From Selaginella moellendorffii (Eukaryota; Plantae; Lycopodiophyta): a DNA stretch of 64,000 nucleotides. A program made the position numbers and the translations under genes. Below are positions 14,908 through 27,605 of this stretch, piece by piece. The notes beneath the pieces were generated by a model. The model was not told the origin of the DNA. It did no database searches and saw only the letters and a program-made list of their open reading frames with translations. Where the stretch lies: NCBI RefSeq assembly GCF_000143415.4, contig NW_003314390.1:272973-336972 (forward strand), given 5' to 3'. Within the stretch, counting starts at the first letter, position 1. Every line of letters begins with the position of its first letter.

Positions 14908-16583
14908 ATGGATAAGAGGGTGCTAGAGCTCCATGGGCTGTGGAGCTCCAGAGCTACCAGATGGGCTCCCAGGCGCCGTGGAATGCTTGGGACGAAAGGG
15001 CAGCAATGCGGTGTAAGGTGGTTAGGGTCGTCATCCTCGTCCGCCATGAATTGCACTGGTAGGAAGCGAGCGAGCGAGCGATCTTTGTTTCCCTCTTGTT
15101 TGTGCTGATAGCAGAGATTCTTCTTGCAGCACCAGCAGCAGCAGTAGCAGCAGCGCCAGCAGCAGCCAAGGCGGCACCTTACCTCGACGACGCAGCACAA
15201 CTCATCAAGAGCGTCGAGACTTTCATTTTCGATTGTGATGGTCAGTGTGCTCTCGTTCGCTCTCTCCGAGTGTTCTGTAAGACCAACCGGTGATCGATCT
15301 TCCAGGTGTGATATGGAAAGGGGATAAGCTCATCGAGGGCGTGCCCGAGACCCTGGATATGCTCAGAAGAATGGTGCTTTGTGACAAACTTCTGCCTATA
15401 TCTTACACCATCTTTGCAGGGAAAGCGCCTTGTTTTCGTCACGAACAACTCTACAAAGTCGAGGAAACAATACGGGAAGAAGTTTGAGACGCTGGGGCTC
15501 AACGTGAACGAGGTAAAGGCTTTCGATCACCGAGCGCTCTTGTAATTTTTGTGGAGATTGTGGCAGGAGGAGATCTTTGCTTCGTCTTTTGCCGCGGCCG
15601 CATACTTGCAGTCTATAAACTTCCCTTCCAACAAGAAGGTGTGTGTTTCTCTCAGAAATCTGCGTGAGCTGTCACTTATCCCCGCTTTCCACAGGTCTAC
15701 ATTCTCGGTGAAGTTGGAATACAAAAGGAGATGGAGCAGGCAGGAATAAACTTCATCGGTGGCCCTGTGAGTGGTTTTTTCTTCCATCAAAACGCTTGTG
15801 TACCATCTTCCTTACAGATTGGAGCCTCTGTTTGATGAATTAGGAAGACGCTGATAGGAAGATCAATCTAGAACCGGGGCAACTAATGGAACATGACAAA
15901 GACGTTGGTGCCGTTGTTGTGGGATTCGATCGATACATCAACTACTACAAAATCCAGTGAGTGGCAACAACAGCATGCGCTTTGCGATTCTAACTTGCTG
16001 CCTTGAAGGTATGCCACCCTGTGCATTCGAGAGAACCCGGGGTGCCTCTTCATCGGTACAAACTGCGACGCTGTTACGCATCTGACAGATGCACAGGAGT
16101 GGGCTGGTAATGCACTTTCGTTGAGCTAAACTATAGAGTGACTAAAGTGCGCAAATCTTAGGAGGTGGAGCCATGGTTGGCTGCATCAAAGCCTCCACCA
16201 AGAGGGAGCCGCTCGTCGTTGGAAAGCCTTCGACTTTCATGATGGATTATCTGTCCAACAAGTAAGACGTGAGACTTTGAGTGAAGCACATAAAAGGCTG
16301 GCTTGCTTTGTGCAGGTTTGGCATCTCCAAAACGCAGATTTGCATGGTGGGAGATCGATTGGACACGGATATTTTGTTCGGCCAAAACGGTGGCTGCAAG
16401 ACGCTTCTGGTCTTGTCGGGTAACTACGTGTGCGCTTGACTGATGTAGTGCTTATCTCCATGCTGGTCTTTCTCAGGTGTGACGACCTTGAAAACTTTGG
16501 AGAGTCCGGACAACACGATTCAGCCGGACTATTACGCGAACGGGCTTTCCGACTTGCTCAAGCTTGCGAAGCCTGTGGTCTAA
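14908..16583 (+). CDS. PGLP1: Phosphoglycolate phosphatase (HAD family), plastid type, multi-exon
   Basis: FIFDCDGVIWKGDKLIEGVPETL, FVTNNSTKSR, VGKPS, CMVGDRLDTDILFGQNGGCKTLLVLSG, IQPDYY. The start codon is approximate. Confidence 0.9.
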
Positions 16584-16634
16584 GACACAGAGAGCCATGC
16601 AAAAGCATGGAAATATAATCCATTCACAGCGATT

Positions 16635-17370
16635 TTAGACAGATTTGGACGATGCCACAGACATGATTCGCACGAAGTCTGCCTCCGTCACCTCCCCGTC
16701 TCCTAGACAAGTTCGTGTAGCAACAAGAAATCGAAAACGTTTGTTACGCACCATCAGAGTCTGCAACGCGGATCATGTCCTCTACTTCTTTGTCACTGAA
16801 TGGCAGCTCCAGCTCCACGGCCAAGCGCCTCAAATCTCTGAAGGACAGCATGCCCTGACCAGGCAACCATTCAGCGTGTAAGTTGAAGAACGCAACTCCA
16901 CTCACCCGGCCTTGTTCATCCAGGATTGCAAATACCCGGACCAGCTCCTGCTTTGCCTCTCGTTCTCCCATCTTCTTGGTCATCATCTCCACAAACTCTT
17001 CGAAGTCGAGGGTGCCGCTCTGGTCAACGTCTACACTCGCCATCATGTCTCGTATCTCCTGCCACAGCTTTGAGTTCTATGCTCTAGAAAGTTATCGAAA
17101 GTTACCTGTGCGCTTGTTTCGAATCCCAGTGCTCTAGATCATGCCAGGGATCAAGGAAAACCAAACAGGATATCGACTTACTTCATTGCGACTCTGAGCT
17201 CCTTCGCATCAATCGTTCCTGGGATGATAGATACATCGATCAAAAGAATTCCACTAAGAGATGTGAAGAAAACCTGATGAATCCGTGTCAAACATGTCGA
17301 AGGCCTCGCGAAGCTCGCTCCGCTGCTCGTCCGTGATCCCCTGCATCCATGGCTGCTGCTCCTTGCTCAT
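16635..17370 (-). CDS. Centrin (caltractin)-like EF-hand protein
   Basis: [64 protein letters not shown]. Confidence 0.9.
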
Positions 17371-17518
17371 GATCAGATCGATGAGGACTAGATTGCTACA
17401 ATGATGATCTGGAAAAGTCCATGTTTCAAGCTGTAGGTAGTGTGACTTGGTAAAGCACCGAAGACTATGCGCGCGTGGTCCTCACGCGAGGCGAGGTATC
17501 AAAGGAGTGGGGAATCTT

Positions 17519-19264
17519 ATGCTCCGGGCGGGAGGAGGAGGAGGAGGAGCAGCGCGTTTAATCGAGGAAAGAGAACTTTTGGTAGCACTGATCAAGGAGT
17601 GTGGAGATGCCCAAGACCTCAGCGAGGCTCGCCGCCTCCACTCCCACATCCTCAACACCGCCCACAACCGGAACCGCTTGGTGGCCAACTTCACCATCGA
17701 GATGTATGGCAACTGCGGCAGCGTGGAGGACGCACGTCGCGCGTTTGAGTCCATCACCCAGCCCAACCTCTTCTCTTGGAGCATCATCACCCAGGCGTAT
17801 GCCCAGAATGGGCATGTTGCCGAGGCCAAGAACCTGTTCGACAGGATGCCGCAGCGGAATCTCGTGTGCTGGAACACTCTCATGTCCGGGCTCGCGCAGG
17901 TCGGTCAGGCAAGCCAGGCTCGCTCCGTCCTACTCAAGATGCCGCAGCACGGCGTCGTCTCCCTCAACATCCTTCTCGGAGCGTATGCCCAACTCGGGTA
18001 TGTGTCGGATGCCAAGTCCGTGTTTGATGCGATTCCACAGCCCAATACGATCTCCACGAACCTCATCATCTCCGCTTACGCCCAGGCCGGCCACCTCCAA
18101 GCCGCCGAGGACGTCTTCTCGGCTGGCTGCTGTCCGGTGGACGAGATCTCCTGGAACACTCTGGCCATGGGCTACTGCCAGAGCAAGCAAATGGAGCGTG
18201 CCAAGGCTGTGTTTGATGCGACACCGCAGCCCAGCGTGTTCTCGTGGACCATTCTCCTGCAGGGCTATGCGCAAGCTGGGGAAGTTGGCAAGGCCAGGCT
18301 CGCTTTCGAGCGGATGCCCGCGTGGAACAAGGTGGCGTGGACGGCCATGGTGGCGAGCTACGGCGATCAGGGCTTGACGGGCGAGGCGTGGAGGGTGTTT
18401 GAGCAGGCCCCGCACAAAGACCTGGTGCTCTTCAACGCCATGGCCGCGGCGTATGCTCGAAACGGGCATTGCGACGAAGCGGACGCGCTGTTGGGGAGAA
18501 TGCCGGCGTGGAGCGTCATGACATGGAACACCGCCGTGTCCGTGCGCGCGCTCCACGGTCGCCTCGACTCCGCCAAGGCGCTGTTTGACGCCTCCCCGGC
18601 ACCCGACATCGTGACATGGAACTGCCTGGTGGCGGGGTACACGGGCAGCGGCCGGCTCGCGTCGGCCGTGGACATTCTGGCCAAGATGCCGGTGTGGAGC
18701 TCCATCGGCTGGAACGCACTGCTTCGCGCCTACTCGCTTGCCGGGGACGTTGGCAGCGCGAAGGCGCTGTTCGACGCAATGCCCGACCCGGACGTGGTGG
18801 CATGGACCGAGATGACGTCGGTGCTGGCCAGCGCGGGGCTGGGCGATGCCGCCATGACCAGCTTCCAGGAGATGCAGCTGTCGGGCCAGCAGCTGGACGA
18901 CATGGTGATGACAAGCATCCTGTCGGCGTGCAGCCATGCCGGGCTGGTCGTCGAGGGTGTCTTCCTGTTCGCCACAATGTGTAGCGACCATGGGATGGCG
19001 GCAGCGCGGGAGCATTGGTCGTGCATGGTGGACTTGCTCGGGCGGGCTGGCCGCGTGGGAGATGCGCACCATATCATGGCCGAGATGCCAATCGACCCGG
19101 ATCCGGCCACGTTCAAGTCGTTCCTCAGTGCCTGCCGCAACGCTCCCCCTATAGTTGAAGTCATGGCATCTGCGCGCGGGGCCGCCGAGGCCATCACCCA
19201 CCTCGAGCCCGGCCGCTCCTACCCCTACGTGCTTCTCGCCAACCTCAGTCAACCCTGGTCATGA
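17519..19264 (+). CDS. PLS-class pentatricopeptide repeat protein with E-type C-terminus, no DYW, intronless
   Basis: MYGNCGSVEDA, repeated MP.x.(V/I).WN motifs, LSACSHAG, HWSCMVDLLGRAG, PYVLLANL. First in-frame ATG is at 17519. Confidence 0.93.
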   Translation: MLRAGGGGGGAARLIEERELLVALIKECGDAQDLSEARRLHSHILNTAHNRNRLVANFTIEMYGNCGSVEDARRAFESITQPNLFSWSIITQAYAQNGHVAEAKNLFDRMPQRNLVCWNTLMSGLAQVGQASQARSVLLKMPQHGVVSLNILLGAYAQLGYVSDAKSVFDAIPQPNTISTNLIISAYAQAGHLQAAEDVFSAGCCPVDEISWNTLAMGYCQSKQMERAKAVFDATPQPSVFSWTILLQGYAQAGEVGKARLAFERMPAWNKVAWTAMVASYGDQGLTGEAWRVFEQAPHKDLVLFNAMAAAYARNGHCDEADALLGRMPAWSVMTWNTAVSVRALHGRLDSAKALFDASPAPDIVTWNCLVAGYTGSGRLASAVDILAKMPVWSSIGWNALLRAYSLAGDVGSAKALFDAMPDPDVVAWTEMTSVLASAGLGDAAMTSFQEMQLSGQQLDDMVMTSILSACSHAGLVVEGVFLFATMCSDHGMAAAREHWSCMVDLLGRAGRVGDAHHIMAEMPIDPDPATFKSFLSACRNAPPIVEVMASARGAAEAITHLEPGRSYPYVLLANLSQPWS

Positions 19265-19371
19265 CGGTCAAGTCAAGTCAGGTAATGACAGGTCAACGTA
19301 GGCCGACGACTCACGCAAGATGGACGCACAGGTGAGCTTGTAGCTAGGGCAAATTGGTGAGAGGAGGGAGG

Positions 19372-20284
19372 ATGGTCTCCATCGCCAGGGATGGCGAGTG
19401 GGGTAGCGCCACATTGACCCGGGCGGTCGAGCAGCTCCGCTTGTACAAGGCAGCGGAGCTGTTGATCGACGACCAGATTGCTCCAAAGAGGGCGGCGGTG
19501 CTCATCTGTTTGTTCGAGGCCGCCGGAGAGATCCGCGTCATTCTGACCAAGAGGGCGGTCTCGCTCTCCACCCATTCAGGTAAGCGTAGCGCCTACCTCC
19601 ATTGCATGCATGAGGGCTAGAATGCTACGCTTCACTCTTTCAGGAGAGGTGGCACTTCCCGGTGGCAAGAGGGACGAATCGGACGCGAATGATGCAGCCA
19701 CCGCGGTTCGAGAGGCTTACGAGGAGATTGGTTTGGAGCCGGCATCCATCCAAGTTGTTGCCTCGCTCGAGCCCTTTCTATCCAAGGTACTCCATTCTTT
19801 GAAGCTTGGTTTGATTGATTCCACTGAGTTGGAGTGAGCACTGTCCAGCATTTCCTCAGGGTGACCCCGGTCGTGGCCATCCTACCCGACGCACAGAGCT
19901 TCGTTCCTTGCTGCAACCAAGCGGAGGTGGAGTCCCTGTTCGATGCGCCGCTGGAAATGTTCCTCCGGGTACGTACTTGTCTCTGATCTCGATCTCGACT
20001 TGGTCTATCATCTCGATCGTGTAAACTAAAAGCGCTTGGAACACAAACAGGACGAGAAGCATCGATCGGAGCAGCACAACCGGTGTGGAGGGAGCTACAT
20101 GCTACACTACTTCGAGCTCGAGTACCAGGGCAACAAGTACGTCATCTGGGGGCTCACCGCCGCCATCCTCATCCGCGCGGCGTCCATCGTCTTCCAAAGG
20201 CCTCCCGAATTCGAGGAGTTCTGTCCAGACTTTAGATCGATCCATCGCTACCTTGTCAAACAGATCGCCATGAAATCCAGCTAG
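19372..20284 (+). CDS. Nudix hydrolase, CoA-pyrophosphatase subfamily (NUDX11/15/22-like)
   Basis: RAAVLICLF, LTKRAVSLSTHSGEVALPGG, Nudix box AVREAYEEIGL, IWGLTAAILI. Confidence 0.9.
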
Positions 20285-20466
20285 ACATTTTCGAGAAGTT
20301 TTAGATCGGTCCAAACTAGTCAACGGTCCAGTCAACTGGCCAGTCAAAACTCGCGGCTGGCAGGAAGCTACCCGGGAGCTTCGACCGTGGTCTCTTCCCA
20401 CCGAGGTAGGAATTAGGGTTCTTGGATGCCTTGGCGGTGTGAGGCGCGCTGTTCCAGAAGGCCGAG

Positions 20467-21421
20467 ATGGCGACTGGTGGAAGAGTCCGCGGAGTGCCGC
20501 AGCAAGGTGAGTGGAGAATTTGAAGATCGAAGAGATAACAAGGATCTGTGACCAAACAGACCTCGACATCCGGCAGATCATCAAGGAAGCTTGCGTGCGA
20601 TGGCTCAAACCACCCGAAGTGTGCGAGATTCTTCGGCATTATCAGAGCTACGGCTTCAATCTCAACCCCGTTCCGCCCAACAGGCCCGCCAGTGAGTGAT
20701 CCTTTGCTCCTTCCTTGCCTGTGTCGCACTGACTTGTGACTTGCGGCTACTACTACTAGGTGGCTCCTTGTTCTTGTTTGATCGCAAGGCTTTGAGGTAC
20801 TTCCGGAAGGATGGACACAACTGGAGGAAGAAGAAAGACGGCAAGACTGTTCGCGAGGCTCACGAGAGGCTCAAGGTTTGATTTTTATTTCTAGAAACAA
20901 CAAGGCCATCACCATCGCGGTCTCTTGTATGCAGTCTGGGAGCATTGACGTGCTGCATTGTTACTATGCCCATGGAGAAGAGGATCAAAACTTTCAACGC
21001 CGGAGCTACTGGATGCTGGAAGGGTATACCAAAAGAACTTGAGATGGAAAATTTTTTCTCACTTGTATTGTGACTTGCAGTGCTTACGAACACATTGTTC
21101 TTGTTCACTACCTTCAAGTACACCAGGTCAGTGTTGCGGTGCTTGTGTCTTTCTTTCTTTTTCTAGCTTTGACTTCTCTTCCTTTTCCAGGGTCGTGCTT
21201 CTTCATACAGACCTCCAGAGCATCCGGAAGCTTTCTCGCACGCAATGTCACCCTCAGTATCCTCGGAGCACGACGATGTGGATTCAAGTGACGATGTCGA
21301 ACAGATAGACCCGCCGCTGCCTCCACCAGAAGTTTCCAAGCCGCAGCCATCCCTGTTTCATCAACTCTCGTCAAAGGATTGGTCTGTGCTTCTGTCGGAA
21401 ACTCAACAAGATCCCGTCTAT

Positions 21422-21456
<35 letters not shown>

Positions 21457-24330
21457 GCAGCAGCAGGGGGGTTTTTTTCAGTCCGGACAAGGTGGTGGTG
21501 TGTTGGGAGATGATATTGATCTTAACGATCTCTTAGACAGTCCAGGTATGACTCGAGCGGACGTTGCTTTCTGACAGACAGCTCGTTTGAAAAACTCTGT
21601 GCAGACAAGTTCCTCGGCCAGAAGGGGCTCACTCCTGCCGTGAGCTTGGACACGAGCGGATGGAATGAAGTTCTGCGAAGCTATCGAGAAAATCCAACCA
21701 ATGGCCCGGTCAAGCAAGAGGTGCAAGAGGTGTCATGGAAAGAGACTTTAGAGCAGTGTACTACCCCTGCTACCAGGGATGCATTGCTGGGACAAGTCTC
21801 GCCCATGAAATTTGAGGATTGTATGTTCAAGTCGTCACCTAGAGCGGGTCTAAGTCCCAAAGCGATCATGGATGTTCTTTCTCCTCGGGGACTGGGTCGT
21901 CAACCACAGTCACTTCTCGAGGCTCAGCTCCGTGCTGCCACAGCCGAGAACGCCATGAAAACAGCACAAAGCATCTCTCCGGTGAGTGTATTATATTGTC
22001 ACTTCTTACATGTAATCTCTAACACGTCCATGCAGACAAAGCAACGCTGGCGAGAGAGCGTTCCCTCTCCTCCGCCAGCACAAAACGTCCTTGTGGATAT
22101 GGGGCGTGCTTCTCAACAGGTAAAAGCTTCTCCTTCTCTCGCTGGCCTGCTTTACTCAAGGACTTCATGTGTAGACAAATGCATATCAAAATACCTGGCA
22201 GCAGCAGCAGCAGCCGCAAGCTCATCAGCCTTGGCAGGCGCAGCAGTACGAGCTCGACACCGGGAGCGCACCGGTAAAAAACTCAAAGCCCGTCAAACAG
22301 GAAGAGAGCCCGGCCGACAACCTCAAGAAACTGGATAGTTTCGGACGATGGGTGATGCAAGAGATGGGTGACGATAGTCCAGGGGCGCTACTCGCGCCCG
22401 CTCCTGGGGACTCGGGCTCCCTTTGGATCGACGATGATAATGACAGAGAAGAAACCTCCAACCTCTCTACGCAAATGCAGCTTGACATGAGTGTCTCCAT
22501 CGCCCAGGTCCAACGGTTTAGCATTACAGACTTCTCTCCGGACTGGGCTCCTTCCAACGAAGAAACCAAGGTCTCGTCTCACATATACTTATGTCGCTTC
22601 TAAGTTTTGAATCGCAGGTTCTCGTCTCCGGGAGGTTCTTGCCAACTGTTAGCAAACCGCTGGACGTGAAATGGTGCTGCATGTTTGGGGACGTTGAAGT
22701 TCCGGCGGACCTTATAGACGTGGGCGTCCTCCGGTGCAAAGTCCCTCCGCGAGGCCCAGGAAGGAGAAGGATACCCTTCTATATAACATGTAGCGACCGG
22801 CTAGCATGCAGCGAGGTGCGAGAGTTTGAGATCCGTGACGTCCCCGAGCAGCAAAGTGGACAGCTTGACAGGGAAGCGCTGCTTCAACTCAGATTCTCGA
22901 AGATGTTACTCTCGGCTCATGAGGGCGATGATCCAAAGGCTACAGTCGAGTGGAAGCAGATGGAGGACGCTGTGAGAGCGCGCAGCCTGAGTGCTACGAG
23001 CGTCAAGGAGATGCTGCTGCAGGCCTACTTCAAGCTTGACTTAGAGTTGTGGCTGGGTTCCAAACGCAGTGCCTCCGTCCTCGACGAGCATGGCCAAGGC
23101 CTTGTACATATGGCCTCGGCACTTGGCTACGACTGGGCCTTGAAACCGATCCTGGACGCTGGTGTCGTTCCAAACTTTCGGGACGTCCGCGGCTGGACCG
23201 CTTTGCACTGGGCTGCGGCATTTGGAAGGTCTGTCACCTTTTCTAGTTGGTCGTCCTCTTTCTTACACTCTTTCGTGCTAAACTGCAGGGAGGAAACTGT
23301 TGTTGCGCTCATAGCAGCTGGCACGAATCCAAGCCTTGTGACCGATCCCACGTCCAAGCATCCAAACGGTCAGCTCCCTTCGGACTTGGCTTCGGCCGCT
23401 GGCCACAAGGGAATAGCCGGCTTTCTGGCGGAGAAGGCGCTCACTGGCCACCTCTCGTCGCTCACCATCGCGGACACTAGCTTGAACGAGATCAACAGCA
23501 TGTCTGCGACGCTGGCCGGCGAGAGCGCCGTCCAGGAGATGAAACGCCCCGTGGACGAGGAGCACCAGTCGCTGCTCAGGTCCTTCTCGGCCGTGAGGAA
23601 CGCAACCAAGGCCGCCGCGCTCATACACTCGGCGTACCGCCTCGACTCTTTCCGCAGGAGGAGCGGGGGTGATGGCGGCGAGGAAAATCTTGATGACTTG
23701 GGCATGCAGCCGACCGAGCTCCATGCCATGGCACAGACGATTCGGAGGGGCCAGGGCCACCGTGATCATCACGGCAGGATGCAGTCGGTGGCCGCGTTGC
23801 AAATCCAGCGAAAGTTCCGCGGCTGGAAAGGCCGCAAGGATTTCCTGGCGCTGAGGAGGCACGTAGTCAGGATCCAGGTAGTGTAGCATGTTGCTCCGTC
23901 CGTCAACTTTTGTTCTAACGTTGTTTTCAAACGCAGGCGCATGTCCGAGGCCACCAAGTTCGCAAGCAGTTCCGGAAGATCCTGCGGGTGGTGAGCGTGA
24001 TCGAGAAGGCGGTGCTGCGATGGAGGCGGAAACGCGTGGGTCTGCGGGGATTCAGGCCGGACAACACGAATGGCGTGAGCAGCGACGACGACGATTATCT
24101 CCGGGAGGGGCGGAAGCAGAAGGAGATTGTGCTGGACAAGGCCGTGGCGCGCGTCCAGTCCATGGCGCGCTCCGAGCAAGGCCGCGATCAATACCGCAGG
24201 ATGCTCGAAGGCTCGCAATCGCAAGTAAGCTTTTCTACTTCTCTAAGACAGTGCCTCAAGTTGAAACTTACGTGGTTTTGGCTGCCAGGATCAGGATACT
24301 TTGGAAGATCAAGTCATGGTTATAGACTAG
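20467..24330 (+). CDS. CAMTA: Calmodulin-binding transcription activator (CG-1, TIG, ankyrin, IQ)
   Basis: RWLKPPEVCEIL, FRKDGHNWRKKKDGKTVREAHERLK, FSITDFSPDW, ACSEVREFE, GWTALHWAA, IQRKFRGWKGRK, AHVRGHQVRK. Confidence 0.95.
21422..21465 (+). repeat. CAG repeat encoding poly-Gln in CAMTA
   Basis: (CAG)n with one CCG interruption. Confidence 0.9.
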
Positions 24331-25022
24331 CTGGTGGAATATGTGAATTGTTCGAATAGATTCTTTGCTCTGGATTGTTGAGGGAGAATGGACAAAGAAC
24401 AAGTGAAGCAAAGGAAAAGACCTGGATCATACCAGTGTGTCTCTGGACAAATCAATGTGGTGGTTTCAACAAGCACTGGAGCAAAGCTTTTAACTCCAAC
24501 TTCCAAAAAGAAAGAGAGAGAGGTGAGAAAGCGAGCCAAATGCTCACACGAGGTGCCACGTCGTTTTTTCACCTTTTTTACCGCCAGCGGGAGCGGGCAT
24601 CAGGTGCTGTGTCACATTCCACGGCAGGGGTAAAGAAAGAAAAGGGAGGGTGAAAACACTTTGAAAGATTAGGGCTAACGTATTAGCTGCTCCCATGGCG
24701 CCGAGGAGCCACAGATTTGTTTTGGGCAATGCCTCTTTTTGCGATGGCTGTGAGGGAGCAGCGTCCCTCGCTGCTGGGAGCTGGGAATCCATGGCTTTCT
24801 TGACCCCCATTTCCCTCGCGGCGCTAGGCTAGGCGACTAGAAAGCGCGCCAAGATTTCTTCCCCAGAGTGTGTGAGTGTGTGGATCTTGGTCTTGTCTTC
24901 TTGGAAGAGGAGGGAGGAGGATCCGAAAGGAATTGGCATGGATCCGGCAGGCAACAAGAATCTGATGGAGCAGCCACTGTGAATTCCAAGTAAGTTCTTG
25001 CCGGCCGGCACCGGCAGGGATT

Positions 25023-27413
25023 ATGATCTCCAAGGATGGGAAATTCCACCAGGAAACGATGATCACGGCGAGGCGGTGGAGATCACAGCCTGCCAGCCCA
25101 GCGCCAACGCCATTTCAAGATGACAAGTGGAGTGAGCAGGGAAGCAAATCCTTGCAAGACAAGCCGGCCATGGACGCTGCTCCGCGCGATGGCTGGGGGC
25201 TCAACATTCTCAAGCAGCAGCAAAAGGCGCGATTGCCCAAGGGGAGCTTTGTGGATTTGATTGGTGACGCCGACTTGGCCAAGCTCACTCTGAGAGATCA
25301 TGACGAGGAGCTCCAGGAAGAGGCGTCCAGTACCAGCCGAGAATCCACCAGTGCCATCTCGGGGTCTTTGTCGAGCACGGAGCAACGCGGGGTTCCAGCG
25401 TCGTGTAGGACTACTGCTACTAGCGGCCGGGCCTCTTCACGGGCCTCCTCTAGCGTCGGCTCCTCTGGGGAGAGCTCGGACAACATAGATGGCTACTTCG
25501 ATGTCGACGTAGATGACACAAGCGAGCGCCAGGCTTGTGGAGCCAGAGCGGCTGCTTACAAGCGGGGATTGAGCCAGAGGAGAATAAGAGGGAGCAGCAG
25601 TAGTGAGCAGCAGCTATCAAGCTCGAGCGTCGTCGAAGACTCGAGTGAAAAGGACGAGAAATGTTTGGAGAACGAGGGCAGGAAGAACTTCGAGGAGCTT
25701 CAACAACAACTACAACAAGAACAAAGAGCACAAGAAGAAGAAAAGGTGCAGCACCAACAAGTGGTACGTAAAATCTTTCCTTTTCTCTTTCTTTTCCAAC
25801 AATTACCAAGGATTGGCATGCAGGATCCTTTACCAATTCAACATCCGGTGGAGGAACTCTTTTACGCTGTCAAGAACAAGGATGAAGCAAGAGTGAGGGC
25901 GCTGCACAGTGCAAGAGTTGTTCCACTAGAGGTTGCTTCAGGTTTTCTTTTTCCTCGAGTCCTTGTGTTTTAATATTCAAGTGGTTTGTTTTTTCTTTTC
26001 CTTGCAGTCAACCGACAAAAACGGGATGACACCGCTCATCGTGTCTTGCCTCGATGGAACCTTGCTCCAAATGGCACGTCTTCTTATCAGCTTGGGTGCA
26101 AACGTCCACGCATATCGATCCGGTAAATGTATTCAGCGTTTTGTTCGGGAGTTAGAAAACTCATTGCCGTTTGCTTGAATCCTCAAGGTTTACATGCCGG
26201 ATATCCGTTGCATCATGCTGCCAAAAGGGGTCACGACCAGATAGTAGCGCTGCTTCTTTCTCGTGGTGGTATGTATGGTAGCTGTTCTCTAGACATCTGT
26301 AACAGCACTATTTTGCAGCTTCTGCATTGGCTGTGAATGATGATGGTCAAACAGCTCTAGATATGGCAAGGATACGAGGCCATGCTTCTGTGGTACGCGT
26401 GATAGAGGTACACGAAAACCCGCACTCTTGTTGTTTCACGTTTCTCATTTCAATTTTGTGTTTTCCCAAGGACTGGATTTCTCTCTTCAGGGGGATATTG
26501 CGACAAGTTACAGACAATGCAGGCTCTCAGATCATGAAAAGAATGTAAGCTGGGCCCGAGCCAAAGATGATTTGTTAAAACGTTGTGCTCCTTTGCAGCT
26601 GGGCGGTGGTTTTACCATCTGAAGTAACTTCCCATGGCGTTCCGAGGCACGAACTCGTTGTTTATAATTCTCGCAAGGTGAAACACAAGATGGTTTTCCG
26701 TTTATTCTTTTCCTTACGCGAGTCTGTGTCAGCAGGTTCCAATGCCAGAGTCAGTCATCCTTCTTGGAAGTGTTACTAGCGAGTTTGAGGAGCCAGACTA
26801 CTTTCTATCAGATCCCTCAATGATCATAACGGACAAAGTCACAAGTAAGCCTTCGTCTTTTAAGCTAGCAATTATATGCTGGTTCATCCATCTCTGGCAG
26901 AGACGAAGTTCAAGTTCTACTCCCAGGAGCACGGAGACAAGCAACAGCTGTCGGAATTCTACAAAGCTTGCAAGGGAATTCCACAGGTGAGCAACTAGTT
27001 CTAGAGTGACACACCCATCGTCTAAACTCGTACGACTGTAGTGCAAGAAGCAGGCCTCCAAAGGCGAGAGGCTAGCCCGAACAAGGTCCGAGACTCTAGT
27101 TTCTCACGCCGGATCCATTCCTCCTCCATCAACACGCCGGAAGATGGACGACGTTGGGCCACGCCCTTCGCCTTCGGTGACTCGCTCCCGGTCGGAGAAG
27201 GTTCCAAGCTCCAGGAAGAACGTGATATTTCCAGAAGAGTCACTGAGGACGGACGAGCACAGGCAGTGTGTGATTTGCAAGCAGGCAGCAGCAGCAGCAG
27301 CAGCGACGCCGAGGACGTGCGCACACGTCTGTTCGTCGCGCTCATGCTTGGCCAAGCTCAAGAATGGTTCGTGTCCACTCTGCCGAGCTCCGGGACGCGG
27401 CCACCTGGGATAA
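25023..27413 (+). CDS. Ankyrin-repeat RING E3 ligase, XBAT34/35-like, with long Ser/Gln-rich N-terminal extension
   Basis: TPLIVSC, GANVHAYR, PLHHAAKRG, NDDGQTALDMARIRGHASVVRVIE, WAVVLP, GDKQQL, C-terminal CVIC...CAH...CPLCR. The start is uncertain. Confidence 0.8.
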
Positions 27414-27605
27414 GTAGCTCGTTCATTCTTTGGGAAATAAGAATAAAAACCTTCTGGAAGTTTTCGTGTATATTTCTTGGGATCCAAGCATTGAGCAATA
27501 GGTGGTGATATTATGTACAGGCGTGACAAACATGAAATGGAGAGACAGACGATAATAAGTTGGCTGATCTTATAGGAGTGAAGGCTCTGTTGTACGAGGT
27601 GTAGC

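Noticed and set aside
17930-19252. 440-aa antisense ORF and other overlapping ORFs
   Set aside because: Shadow frames of the GC-rich PPR gene.
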